Part shown: positions 1 through 10,932 of the stretch, in pieces
How positions within the stretch are numbered: the first letter of the stretch is position 1
Layout of the letters: every line of letters begins with the position of its first letter
From: Bispira polyomma
Lineage: Eukaryota
DNA length: 64,000 nt
Assembly (NCBI GenBank): GCA_965649765.1
Contig: OZ287751.1
Span: forward strand, 21,762,001-21,826,000
Reading direction: 5' to 3'
Program-made: the position numbers and the translations under genes
The notes under the pieces: model-generated
What the model was told of the DNA's origin: nothing
Seen by the model: only the letters and a program-made list of their open reading frames with translations
The model's database searches: none

Positions 1-684
1 CGATATTGTTTTCAAAGGCGAAAGTTGCACCAGAGCGACGGAAAGCATGAAAAGTGAATGCTGAGGGATTAAGCTGAAGTTTTATTATAATTTGTCTAAG
101 GACGCTTCTAACTTTATAAGCAGTAAGCGGAACATTGTCAATAGAAAACAATAGAGCAGAGAGTTTTGGCTGATTCAGTTGTATCATTACCCGTAATGGT
201 ATTGGTTGTAACGTTGGAGATTTTTTGCCCATCTGATAATAATATGCACTCCAGGATGTCCCCATACTAAATCTTGCACTGTAAGGTGCCTGTGTGCGTA
301 AGAAGAGGAAGAAGAAGGAACTAGATTTGATAATCTAAAGAAGCCGAAAAAGGCAGTGAGAAATAAAGCTTGAAATACGTGTGCATTTTTAAAGTGCCCA
401 CACTGAGTAATTATAGAGGTAAGAATGGAGATTGAGATGATTGATTTCAGTTTTGGGTTATAGGGGTGGTAAGGGATAATGATTTTAAAAACAGTCTGAT
501 ATGGAGGTGGTGGAGCGGAGTAGTGGAAACACCCCATAATTTTATAGAGGACAGGTAATTTGGAATAGATACATTGAAGATAGGATTGCTGTGTCTTTTC
601 TGTAAAGGCTTGTGGTAACCTTTGTAATGCAGTAGAATATAGAGTTTTTTCTTGGGTAGTACCTGGAAAATTATTAAATATCAT
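1..684 (-). pseudogene. Tyrosine recombinase (phage-integrase family) of the retrotransposon, frameshifted and probably internally deleted
   Basis: ORF 684-187 has box I 'AFFGFFRLSNLVP' and 'RWAKNLQ', then stops at TAA TGA. Another frame from ~188 to 1 reads '...NPSAFTFHAFRRSGATFAFENNI' (HxxR catalytic motif). The usual intervening CPV segment is missing. Confidence 0.85.
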
Positions 685-2731
685 AATTCAGGGTGAAATC
701 ATTTTTTGTTATAGGCCACCAACATTTTTGCGACAATTGCTGCAACAGTGTTGGTGGGAATTGTTTTTGTGAAAACATACGGGAGAGGCAGTCAGTCATT
801 ACATTTTTTACTCCAGGTACATGTTTCAAGTGCAGCTTGATGTTACAAATAGCGACCTCAAGCCATATGGCTCTAGCAATCAATGAGAGGGCGTCATCCT
901 TTATTTTACCTGTGTTGAGTGTAAATACTACGGCTATATTGTCACACCATATTTGCAATACTGAGTTTTGACATAAATGACCCCATTTTCTTAGTGCCAC
1001 TAAAATGTTCCACATCTCATAGTGAACAATAGTGAATGTTGGAGGTGTGTTGTCAGGAAGAGTGGAGGCATATACATTGTTTTTGAAGACAGCCCCCACG
1101 CTAGTGAGAGAAGCGTCAACAAAGAATTCATAATTGGCCGTTGTTTTTGTGTGCATTTCGACTACACCGTTGAAAGACTGAATAAAAACTCTGAACCAAT
1201 TAAGGTCACGCCTGAAGTCTTCAGTAAGAGCAATATTTGTTCTAGGATGTGATGAACGCAGTAGTGCCAACATTCTATTTAAAAACAAACGTGCAGGCTT
1301 TACACACCGGTGTATATACAAGAGCTTTCCTAGTAATGATTGAAGCTGCCTGCGTGTACAATTAGTTTTGCCTTTCCACTGTTCACACATTTCTTGAATG
1401 TCTGACATTTTTTGTTGAGGGATTTTTAACACTCCAGTACGCGCATTAATAATTATCCCCATACATGTAATAGTTTCAGATGGAGTTTCCATTTTTGTTG
1501 GGTTTATGGGGAGACCCAAATGTTCGATTAATGAGTACAAAGTTTTAAAAGAGACTTTAGCTTTTTCAGGAGTATCTGCCGCTACTATGTCGTCGATGTA
1601 GTTGTAGATAAGATAATCCTTATCTCTCATGAGTCTACATATTGAATCAGTTACCTTTTCACAAAGAGCCGTGCCTTGCTTATATCCCATCATTACAGAC
1701 AAATCAATATATGTTTTATTTTTCCATGTTAAGGCTGCATAATTGTAATCAGCAGAATCTATCCTTAAGTTCGTAAATGCCCTAGATAAATCATTTTTAT
1801 ATAATAAGCAATTATCACCTAGCTCATTAATTCTGTCTACTACCATGTCAATATTAGGTAAAGTCAGACAAAATGGGTGGTCGTCATAGACGGCGTCTAA
1901 CACAGAATTGTTGACAGATGATTGATCATGTGGCCATGACAAGTCTACAATAATTCGACGGGTGTTGTCACTTTTTGGGCGTGTCATTACTGGTGAAAAG
2001 TGTATATTTTGAAAAGGGGGAGTGTGAAATGGGCCAGCAATAGCCTTGTGGAGGCGTTCAGTCACAAAATATTCGTCTACACTACTTTGGTGTTGGAGAG
2101 CAGAATCATGATTTTTTACAACATTATTAAATTTAAAACCTAGTTTTTCTATACAAAGAGGAAAGCCAAATTCCAGATATTCTGGCAACAACACATCATG
2201 GTCCTTTTGTAATAGATTCCTCCAGGCTGGGATATTTAACTCTGACGGGACTGGGAGTCTTGCTCCCATATAATTAGGGCCACCAACTTGGTTAACCATT
2301 TTATTGGCTAAGATGGCCCATTGTTCCAAAATTTTGTAATGAATTTTATTCCTAATTTTTGGAACAGTATATACTGGTTTGTATAGGCACATAAATCCAA
2401 AATTGTCTTTAGACTTATGGAATTTTGGTCGCTCATTGGTATTATGTAATTCCCGCTTTACACATATTTCACTTAAAGGTTCTGAAAGGGGGCTGCCCTG
2501 AATGTCATTTTTGTTGACAGAAGAAGAATGGCTATTTACCATAGACTGTGGGGACACAGAAGGGACAGCAATATCCCCCCCTTGTGAGGGAGGAGAATAG
2601 ACTTGCTGAATGATGTCACATACTTTCTGAACACTAACTTGTTTACATTGAGGTGTGGTTTTAATTGTTTTAGTTTCAATTGCAGGGGCTGTGGAGGGCG
2701 GGATTTGTATATTCTCACACACATCTCCCAC
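674..2731 (-). CDS. Reverse transcriptase / RNase H polyprotein of the YR retrotransposon
   Basis: 685-aa open frame. RT motifs: 'RRIIVDLS', 'KNDLSRAF', 'YIDD', 'LQSLLGKL'. RNase H motifs: 'FVDAS', 'HYEM', 'WCDN', 'HVPGVKNVMTDCLSR'. Confidence 0.92.
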   Translation of the reverse strand: MGDVCENIQIPPSTAPAIETKTIKTTPQCKQVSVQKVCDIIQQVYSPPSQGGDIAVPSVSPQSMVNSHSSSVNKNDIQGSPLSEPLSEICVKRELHNTNERPKFHKSKDNFGFMCLYKPVYTVPKIRNKIHYKILEQWAILANKMVNQVGGPNYMGARLPVPSELNIPAWRNLLQKDHDVLLPEYLEFGFPLCIEKLGFKFNNVVKNHDSALQHQSSVDEYFVTERLHKAIAGPFHTPPFQNIHFSPVMTRPKSDNTRRIIVDLSWPHDQSSVNNSVLDAVYDDHPFCLTLPNIDMVVDRINELGDNCLLYKNDLSRAFTNLRIDSADYNYAALTWKNKTYIDLSVMMGYKQGTALCEKVTDSICRLMRDKDYLIYNYIDDIVAADTPEKAKVSFKTLYSLIEHLGLPINPTKMETPSETITCMGIIINARTGVLKIPQQKMSDIQEMCEQWKGKTNCTRRQLQSLLGKLLYIHRCVKPARLFLNRMLALLRSSHPRTNIALTEDFRRDLNWFRVFIQSFNGVVEMHTKTTANYEFFVDASLTSVGAVFKNNVYASTLPDNTPPTFTIVHYEMWNILVALRKWGHLCQNSVLQIWCDNIAVVFTLNTGKIKDDALSLIARAIWLEVAICNIKLHLKHVPGVKNVMTDCLSRMFSQKQFPPTLLQQLSQKCWWPITKNDFTLNYDI

Positions 2732-2758
2732 AATTTTACCTTTTACATTAAATGGTTT

Positions 2759-3797
2759 TCATTTTCTTGTTTTTTCAAAAGCCTCCAGCCAAGCAGTGTT
2801 CCAAAAAGATCTTGTTTTAATTTTTACTACACTTTCTGTTTCTTCTAACATACACTGTAAATAACCTTGAAACCACATAAGTGGAGTAAGTTCATCATAT
2901 GCTGGGTACTTTCTACTTGAATTTACATAGCAATGCTCATGTGGCCAATTTATATGTTCTTTGATAGTATGCTCCCCAGTACGTAATAAACCTGATTTAA
3001 GTTTCTTACCATGTTCCTCTGGTGAGGAGGCCAGCCTGTTTTTATGGCGTTTGAGGCGTGCGTTGACTTGACGCTGTATGTGATCATTCTGGTGAAGAAA
3101 TTGCTGGCTCGGTAGCAGCAGATCATCTGAATTTTGACAGTTATAATGTCCTCGGTCAGCAGCTGGTCTGGTATCATCATGACAGCCCCGTTCGGCAGCA
3201 GCTCGCTCAGGTCGTCTGTTAAAAACAGGAAGGCCCCCTCTACACTCAGAATCTATGTTGTCCATCAAACGATCCCAGTCGTTGTCTCCCATCAGTGGCA
3301 TTGTCATTGGCAAGGTCATACCCAGCTCGGACAGGGGAATGTATGCGAGATCGACTGCCATTGGGGACATAACCGGCTCTCTCAGGGGACCAGATAGGGG
3401 AACGTCGGCGGGTTCGACTGCTGTCGGGAACATACCCGGACCTCTCGGGGGACCGACGGCGGTCAGCATCCAGGACGTTTTCGGTGCTGCTTCTGTTTCG
3501 CTGCTCACTCTGTACGTGGTTTACCTGGTCTTCTAACTTCTGTAGCTTGGAGATTATGCAATCCAGCTTATGTGCTCCAGACGAATCTGAGTGCGTTGGC
3601 GAATCAGGCACATTACTAGGATGTCCTCTAGCTCTGGCCGGCTGTGATCCTTTATCAGATACTGGCGATTCCACATTTTCTGTAATATTTAATACACAAT
3701 GCCTTCCCACAGGCCTTGGGTGATTTTTCCCGCACTTTTTACAATAAGCAGTTGGCCTAGCCATTTTACTTTCTAAACATAATACTTTATGTAACAC
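2759..3797 (-). pseudogene. Gag-like ORF1 of the YR retrotransposon, split over two overlapping frames
   Basis: Frame 3797-3246 has an N-terminal CxxC-H-C cluster ('CKKCGKNHPRPVGRHC'), a coiled-coil-like stretch and SR-rich repeats. Frame 3508-2759 has 'KSGLLRTG..INWPHEH..YDELTPLMWFQGY', resembling ORF1 proteins of invertebrate YR elements, and appears C-terminally truncated. Confidence 0.65.
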
Positions 3798-4285
3798 AAC
3801 TCTTTATATGACACAGAAGCGACTCCTTCCAACTGGGATACAATAATATTTAAACTTGCTGACACTTAACATTTGTTACAACTAAAATAAACTAAAGTCA
3901 CACATGATATTCTCCCAAAATCTGGTAAGTGCTGGAGTTTGTTGAAGTAGAAGGCCCCAAATGTGACCGTGATTTTCGACAGCACTTCCAGTAACAAGAG
4001 AATTTAGATACTTTATGCCAAAAAAACAGGGGTTTATATAGTAAGAGAGCTATGGTGGCAAGTTAGCAGTCTCTCAAGGGGGACAGGCAATCATTAGCTT
4101 GCCAGAAAGAAAAGGGCTAAAAGGGGGGAACTATTAATTAGTGTCACTTTCTTTGGACTGAAGCCTAGTGCTGTTAACACCAGAGCCTCCAATGCTACCT
4201 ATTATGAACTTACATGTACATTCATAATACCAAATGGTTGCTTCAAATATAAACAATGTTAAACTGACATTTAGTTGAATCCTAA

Positions 4286-4371
4286 AGGTCTAAACACACA
4301 CAGCTGCATCCGGATTTTATTTCGGAATGGGATTGAAATCCCATATGGGATTTATCTTTTTTGTAGCCATA
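4286..4371. mobile_element. Left end of an older Harbinger-related element, interrupted by the 4372-8507 insertion and resuming at ~8511-8580
   Basis: TAA followed by AGGTCTAAACACACACAGCTGCATCCGGAT resembles the inner TIR. Joined to 8511+ it is collinear with inner-element positions 4372-4530 (shared GGATTT, GAC.GAATA, ATCATG.G, TAAATTTACCGC). Confidence 0.65.
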
Positions 4372-5001
4372 AGGTCCAGACACACAGACCCGCATCCGGA
4401 TCGGGATCCGGATACGCATAATTATCCGAAAACGGATTTGCAATTATTCAATTCACACAGGACCGAATATCCGTCCGAATCATGTGTACAGAATGTGTGC
4501 AAAAATGATAAATTTACCGCGAAAATTATCGGTGATTTGCTATTCTGCTTATCAGTAATAGTCAATATTTCTTACATTTGTGGCTGTGTTTGTGTTATAA
4601 CTGCATAAAATTCATGTTGCTGAAGGTCTTAGGTAAGTTACATTTACCATTTGTTCAAAATAAAACAATTAAAACACTACATTTTGGATGTTTTTTTTCC
4701 CACACGTAAACAACTATTGGGAGATACTAAATTCCAAACTCCATGGGAGTATGTGTATAGTACATTTTTTGTGTGTGTGCACACATAAATCTTTTTTGTG
4801 TATGATTTGAGTTTTTATGTGTTAAAATATGTAAAAACACATGAATCAGTGTACTTAGAGAATAATTTGTTTTGTAACCCAAACATATGTGATTCTTTGT
4901 ATAAGATTTATTGAATTAAATTCACTTACCTTTAGCCATAATTTTCATGCTTGCACACAATTTTCAAATTTTTATTCTTTCTTTTAATTTACTTACAGAA
5001 T

Positions 5002-6255
5002 ATGGCGTCCAATTATTTATATAGTGAAGATAGTAGTGATAAGGAGGAGGAATTGTTGCTACTGGCATATTGTGCAAATATGGACAAATCTAGACTCTGG
5101 GTCCATGAGACCAATCTTTTGAGGCCACAACTGGGGGAATTTCACAAGCTAATACAGGAATTGAAAAATCATCCTGACAGATTTTTTGAGTATTTTCGTA
5201 TGGCCTTGGACCAGTACCAAGAACTGGTACAGAAGCTGACTTCAACCTTAGAATCAAAACACACAAATTGGAGGGCGTCTATCAGTGTAGAACACCAAGT
5301 TGCTGTTACTCTACACTTTTTGGCAACAGGGGATTCGTTCAAGACTATTGCCTTCAGTTTCAGACTTGGACATTCTACTGTACGGAAAATTGTCTTTGCT
5401 ACCTGCAAAGCCTTATGGGATGTTTTAAAAGATGAAGTATTGCCAATGCCATCTGAAGAGTTGTGGAGAAATAATGCCAGACTATTCGAGGAGAGAAGGC
5501 ACTTTCCCCACTGCATTGGCGCTGTTGATGGGAAGCACATTTTAATTCAGGCTCCTCCCAATTCAGGGTCCCTTTATTTTAATTACAAGGGTACCTACTC
5601 TATTGTCCTGATGGCAGTTGTGAATGTGGATTACTGCTTTACTGCAGTAGACATAGGTGCCTATGGAGGAAGAAGTGATGGGGGGATTTTGAAGAAATCC
5701 AACCTTGGCCAAGCCTTAGAAGCTAATGCAATTCATGTTTCGGATCCAGAAAGTCTGACAAATGCACCAGGACTAGGTCCATTACCATATGTTCTGGTCG
5801 GGGATGAGGCCTTCCCACTGAAAAAATACATGATGCGCCCCTTTCCTGGCTGAAATAATCCAGATACAAAAAGGATCTTTAACTACAGACTGTCAAGGGC
5901 TCGTCGGATTTCCGAGAATGCCTTTGGATTATTATCACAGAGATGGCGCATTTTTCAACGGGGCCTGAATCTGTTTCCTGAGAACGCAGAAGCAGTTGTT
6001 AAAGCAACTGTTATATTGCACTATTTCATTCAAAAAGAGAGACAAGTTAGCTTGGGAATGGATGACCATGGGATGCCAGCTGGAGTGCTACGGCCTGATG
6101 AAAGTATGGATGATGTGAGAGGTCTTGAGCATATCGATGTGGCATATCGAGGACACAGACCACGACAGGATGCAGTGGATGATAGGAACAAATTCACGAC
6201 CTACTTTAATTCGACGGAACAGGTTCCATGGCAAAATTCTATAATTCGACAATGA
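5002..6255 (+). pseudogene. Harbinger transposase (HARBI1-like DDE nuclease) with one in-frame premature stop (TGA 5851-5853)
   Basis: 'FFEYFRM', HTH-like 'VTLHFLATGDSF..IAFSFRLGHSTV', catalytic 'GAVDGKH' and 'VGDEAFPL'. The same frame continues past the TGA: 'RIFNYRLSRARRISENAFGLLSQRWRIF...ILHYF' to the stop at 6255. Confidence 0.92.
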
Positions 6256-8274
6256 GTTGGGGGAACATGTAATAATTTTATCATAATTACTATACCAGGT
6301 TTTGAACTTGAAGAGGTAGATAGTAACACATAAACAACAAATTCCACACAATAAAAGTTTACAGGTTTGTGTATGTCTTTTGTCCATCGAATAGACTGTT
6401 CTCTAGATTTCCTCTTAGAACCATTGTTAGCTTGACCAAACTCTTGACCAAAGTTTTGCACTCCTATAATCATGCTGTTTGAAGGGTGACTGTTGTATAC
6501 AGGAGGATACTGGTGCTGGTTGGTAGTGTGATGAATTGGCATATTTGCCGCACCTTCATATTGTTTTGCGACAGGAACGTTAATTTGAGAATTTGTTTCC
6601 TCAAATTGGTAACATGCATCTTGAATGGACCTCCGTAATTGGAACTTTCTTTGCCTGCTTTGTCCCTTAAAATGCAGCAACAGGGAGAGCAAAAAATGTC
6701 GATCATCAGCATCTTCTTCAGTTCGCTCCTCCCTGGCCTTTTTCTTGTCGGAGAGATAATTAAGAATCACATGATTAGGACTTTCATTTATCTTCCTCTT
6801 TCCTGGTTTTGGTGTCAGCATCAAAGGTTGGACCTCATTGTCCAATGCATCGGACTCCTCAATGTTTTCTAAAGGGGGAAACCTGTGGCTGCTCCATAGA
6901 ACTTTCCACAGTCGCAAATATAGGACTGCATATGCTTGATGTGGTCCTGAAAACATTACAAAAATCTTAGTTTTCACATATGAAAAAAAAGATAACAAGT
7001 GTATATTATTCAATTTATTCATAATTTATTTATTGACAATTGCCCCAGCTACAAAAAATAAAGAAGTGTGTAAATCAGTTTGGCTTCTGTTACAAAAAAG
7101 GTAAATATTGGTTTTTGTTTAGCAGCAATTCTTTCCTTTTGGGGAAATCTTAATTGACAGGAGTTGGTTTTAATCATTGACTACTATTTTGAGTAATTTG
7201 TTAAGGACTACAGAAAGTAAAGTACCGTTCTTGAACATAATCCTTATCATCCAAGAAAGACATTTGGATGTACCACTTCCACTTCTTGATCTTTGTGGCT
7301 GCACTGCCACTCTTCTTGGCATCCTCGTCCATCCGTTTGTAGCGGGTCCTGGTATCCCTCAATGAAAACCAACATTGCATTGATTCTTCCACTAAAGAAC
7401 AACAAAAAAGTACTATAAAATATAAAATAAACTAATAGCATTGGGGTGACTTGATTATAGTTTTGTATAAAATACAAGTCTTTAACATAACAAATCTCAG
7501 CCAGTAACAAATATATTGTACAGCTGTATAGTCTGTCAAACATTAAAATGAATTGCTTCTGAGAGCCAAAAAAAGGAACTTTAATGATTAAAATATGATA
7601 AGAGAGAACAAACATTAAAATAAAATGCCTCTATAAGCCAAAAAACGAACTTTACTGATTAAAATATAATAATAGAGAACAAATAGAAGATTATTTACAT
7701 GATATAGAGAATGTTCCTTTTTTGCCATTTTAAACACTGATAAACTGCTACATTTTAAAATATTAAATTCAAAGTTTCTAGATATATTTTGTACTTATAA
7801 AAATATGAACACTACAAAAATAATTATCAGTGAAATTGAGGTAATTAACTTTTTGACCATAACATTTTCCCTACTTCTCAATACTTCTAAAATGTATATT
7901 AATGAGATGTGTTTTGTGTCAAACAAAATGTATGTACTAATAATATATGCACTAATAAATATATGTGACAATGTTTTAATTTTTAATTAAGGACAAACTA
8001 TACACTAAAAAAATTATAGCATAAATTTTTTTTTTATTTAGATGGCTATTTTTTCAAACGGCTAAGAATTTCGGCTAGAGTAAAGAGTATACAAACCAGA
8101 AAGATCCAATTTTTCGGCAATTCCTTTCCAAATTCCCTCATTTTTCACTTTATCTCTGTACTCTCTAGTTGCCTTGTCGAAAAGAGAAGGGTAAGCACAC
8201 ACTTCCATAATTAAGTTCTCAATTGTGGTGTCTGAAAACGATCTTAAACCAGTTTTTTTTGACATTTTGTTCAA
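6201..8274 (-). pseudogene. Harbinger accessory DNA-binding protein (MADF/Myb-SANT-like plus C-terminal BESS-like motif); 3 exons: 8274-8097, 7391-7226, 6946-~6201
   Basis: Exon 1 'LIMEVCAYPSLFDKATREYRDKVKNEGIWKGIA'. Exon 2 'WFSLRDTRTRYKR..KSGSAA..KWKWYIQMSFL'. GT-AG sites have matching phases (1, then 2). BESS-like 'DDRHFLLSLL..RKFQLRRSIQ' is reached only through a frameshift near 6870. Confidence 0.8.
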
Positions 8275-8980
8275 TTTGACTTGTAAAAGGTACTCAAAAT
8301 TTCGCGGGAATTTGCAAGTGCTTGCTGGAGATCTGCTTGGCGGATCCCCTAAAATTAGAAATGAAATCTGTGTAAATTTTATACGGGCCGGATCGGCGGA
8401 TCCGCATACGGATCCGTCTTGTGTATATTAGCTTCTACTGTTTTATTTCGTTTAAAAAGATATGGTTCCGGATCCTGATCCGGATGCGGCTCTGTGTGTC
8501 TAGGCCTATACTGAGACGAATAATTCGGCCGGATCATGCGTAATGAAGATGTTTTTTTTTGTGTAAATTTACCGCAAAAATGATGAAAATATACATATCA
8601 TCAACGATAGTCTGTCAGTAGATTCAATATTTTCTTCTTTTTTACCTCTTTCAAGGTATGTGCATTTGTTATTTATGTTAAAACACAGAACTGATATAAA
8701 AGCACACTTAAACTTGCATACTTTGTGTAAACATAGACATTGAGGATACATTACACTGCCAGAAAAAAAATATGTTAAACAACTGTCACTACTTTTTTTT
8801 CACTGACTATATGCATTTATTTAACTGACTGTCAAAACAGTAAATTTCGGCAGGCCCTAACAAGCCAAAAAAAAATGTAAACAAACCTAAAATCTCAAAT
8901 TTCTCCAAAAATACACTTGTCTTTGGAAATCCGATTTAGAAAAAAAATCTGTGTAAAAAAAATTCGGGTGGGATCTATAG

Positions 8981-9272
8981 ATAAATGGCTACATAGTTAA
9001 TTATCCTAGTTAAAACTTAAAATGTAACTTAACTGTATGGTTAACTGTTATAGTGAAATTTAGTAAATGTTTGAAGTTATTAAGTGTAAATGGCTACATA
9101 GTAAAATTTCTTTGTTATAACTTAACCTAACTAACTGTAAAAACATAACTGTTAAAAATTATTAAGTGTAAATGGCTACATAGTTAAATTTCTTAGTCAT
9201 AACTTAACCTAACTAACTGTAAAAACTTAACTGTTAAAAGTTATTAAGTGTAAATGGCTACATAGTTAAATT
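8981..9272. repeat. Minisatellite with an 82-bp unit (about 3 copies including a degenerate first copy)
   Basis: AAATGGCTACATAG recurs at 8983, 9088, 9170 and 9252 (spacing 105, 82, 82). Confidence 0.85.
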
Positions 9273-10399
9273 TAAAGGTCACCTTCCTTACAGTTGCAAG
9301 CCAATGGCTTCAGTATGGACAAGAACTTTAATCTAAAGATAAGGTGACCTTAACAAATTCTAGTTAAAACCTTTATTATTATTATGTTATAGGTAACCTT
9401 AAGTTACTTTAGTTATGGTGACCTTAAGTTACCATAACTGTGTAAATACCTGTAGACTAACAACTTAGACTAATAATAAATGTTTTAAATCGCATCTTGA
9501 CATCATACTTACCTTTGTGTTTTGACTTGACCTCATCTTATCTGGGACACAGGGAAATGGTATGTTGGTGCATGTTGGTGGTATGTTGGTGCATGTTTCT
9601 TCCAAGTTCAAACCAATCCAATTTCAGATCATTCCACTCTCCTTCTTGGTGAATGTTATTAAATAGCTAATGCATACAGAGTTAGACTATTAATTTTGTT
9701 ATATGTTATCTTTTGTGCTGTACTAAAGGTCGGCTAAGTACTGGCCCTAGAAATCATATATCAAATTAAACATCTATCATAGCCTCACATTTCAGTATAA
9801 GTAAAAACATGTCTGAACTGTTGTTTTGTTTAGATATCTTGAAAATATATAGTATTGGGTGATTTCCTGTGAAGATGGCTGAACATTGCAGAAAGGCCCT
9901 TAAACAAATAGCTTCTGAAGCTTTCTCTTGGTGAATTAGCTTTTGGAATGCATTTAAAATTATTAAGTAGTCATTTCCCTTCAATATCTTTGAATATTCA
10001 ACAAAGTTATAATTGTTTACCACTTTTATAAATTTTAGTTGCAAGCCTATCCATTATTTTCGTGGCATAGAAACCGATAATTTAACAACACACTAGAAGT
10101 GTGCTGGTCTTCTGATGGGAATGGGATCCAGTTAGCTGATCAAATAAAAGCTATCTGGCCCAACACAAGGAAGCATGTGTAAATCATTGTAAATACATGT
10201 GTAGATTGTGTAAAATATCAAGCAAAGAATTAATTGAGCATGAAATTCTCTTTTTATGTGTCTGTGATTGTTATAATCTGGAACATAAAACATTGTATAA
10301 TAAAATGAGCATTACACTAGCATTATATGTAAAAGGTATCTGTAAGTAACTAAACAAAAAGGATTTTTTAAGCAACACTAACTAGTTAAACACAATTGT

Positions 10400-10932
10400 T
10401 TAGATTTTTACGATCTTGGTGATACCCTGCTGAATCCTTTGGACCACTTGCCGTGACAGGAAATATCTTGAACTTTAAAAAATGCTCCAGATAATCCTTG
10501 GGTACGCTAGGGTGATTTTGAAGGACCCAACGATTCAACTGCAAGAATCCATCCAGGTTGATCCTAACAATTGGGGAAGTCACTCAGGTTGATCCTAACA
10601 ATCAGGAAGGTCACCCAGGTTGATTATTACAACAATGAGGATTCCATTTTGTTGTTTTAGAGGGATGAAGGGAGAAATACAACCAGATCAACCTGGGTGG
10701 CATTAGGGTTACTCTGGCGCATTCCCGATTATCCTGGCCGAGAGGGGGATAAAATGTCAAATCGGGGCATTTTCTAAACATGTTTAGAAACTTTACGATC
10801 GCGTTATTTGATCCCTGGATCAGCAGGATTACGACCCTGACTACCCAGATAAATCCTGAAGACACAGGATTACGGCCGGGATGTCAAAAATCGGGTCTGC
10901 TCCCGATCATCCTTGACAGTGGAACAGGGGTT
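10400..10932. mobile_element. Probable non-autonomous DNA-transposon remnant with short internal GATCC/ATCC repeats
   Basis: GC-richer block with repeated CAGGTTGATCCTAACAAT, ending GTGGAACAGGGGTTTTA. Similar in style to the element ending GTGAACGCGGTTTTA at ~57880. No matching left TIR found. Confidence 0.35.

Larger units (their letters stand above)
1..4200 (-). mobile_element. Tyrosine-recombinase retrotransposon (DIRS order, Ngaro-like), degenerate; 3' end lies beyond the left edge of the window
   Basis: Minus-strand order gag-like (3797-2759), RT/RNase H (2731-674), YR (684 to <1). No methyltransferase domain follows RNase H, which fits Ngaro better than DIRS1. The 5' boundary (~4200) is approximate. 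Confidence 0.88.
4372..8507. mobile_element. PIF/Harbinger DNA transposon, full-length with two genes, inactivated
   Basis: ~40-bp TIRs: left AGGTCCAGACACACAGACCCGCATCCGGATCGGGATCCGGA; right reverse complement AGGCCTAGACACACAGAGCCGCATCCGGATCAGGATCCGGA. 3-bp TSD ATA at 4369-4371 and 8508-8510. Encodes a DDE nuclease and a Myb/SANT-like (MADF) protein. Confidence 0.92.

Noticed and set aside
4951-5001. TTG-initiated N-terminal extension of the transposase ORF
   Set aside because: It is a pyrimidine-rich tract ending in TTACAG (acceptor-like); ATG 5002 is the more plausible start.
8981-9272. Regularly spaced repeats as a CRISPR-like array
   Set aside because: The sequence between the conserved motifs is also repeated (no unique spacers), the context is eukaryotic, and there are no cas genes.
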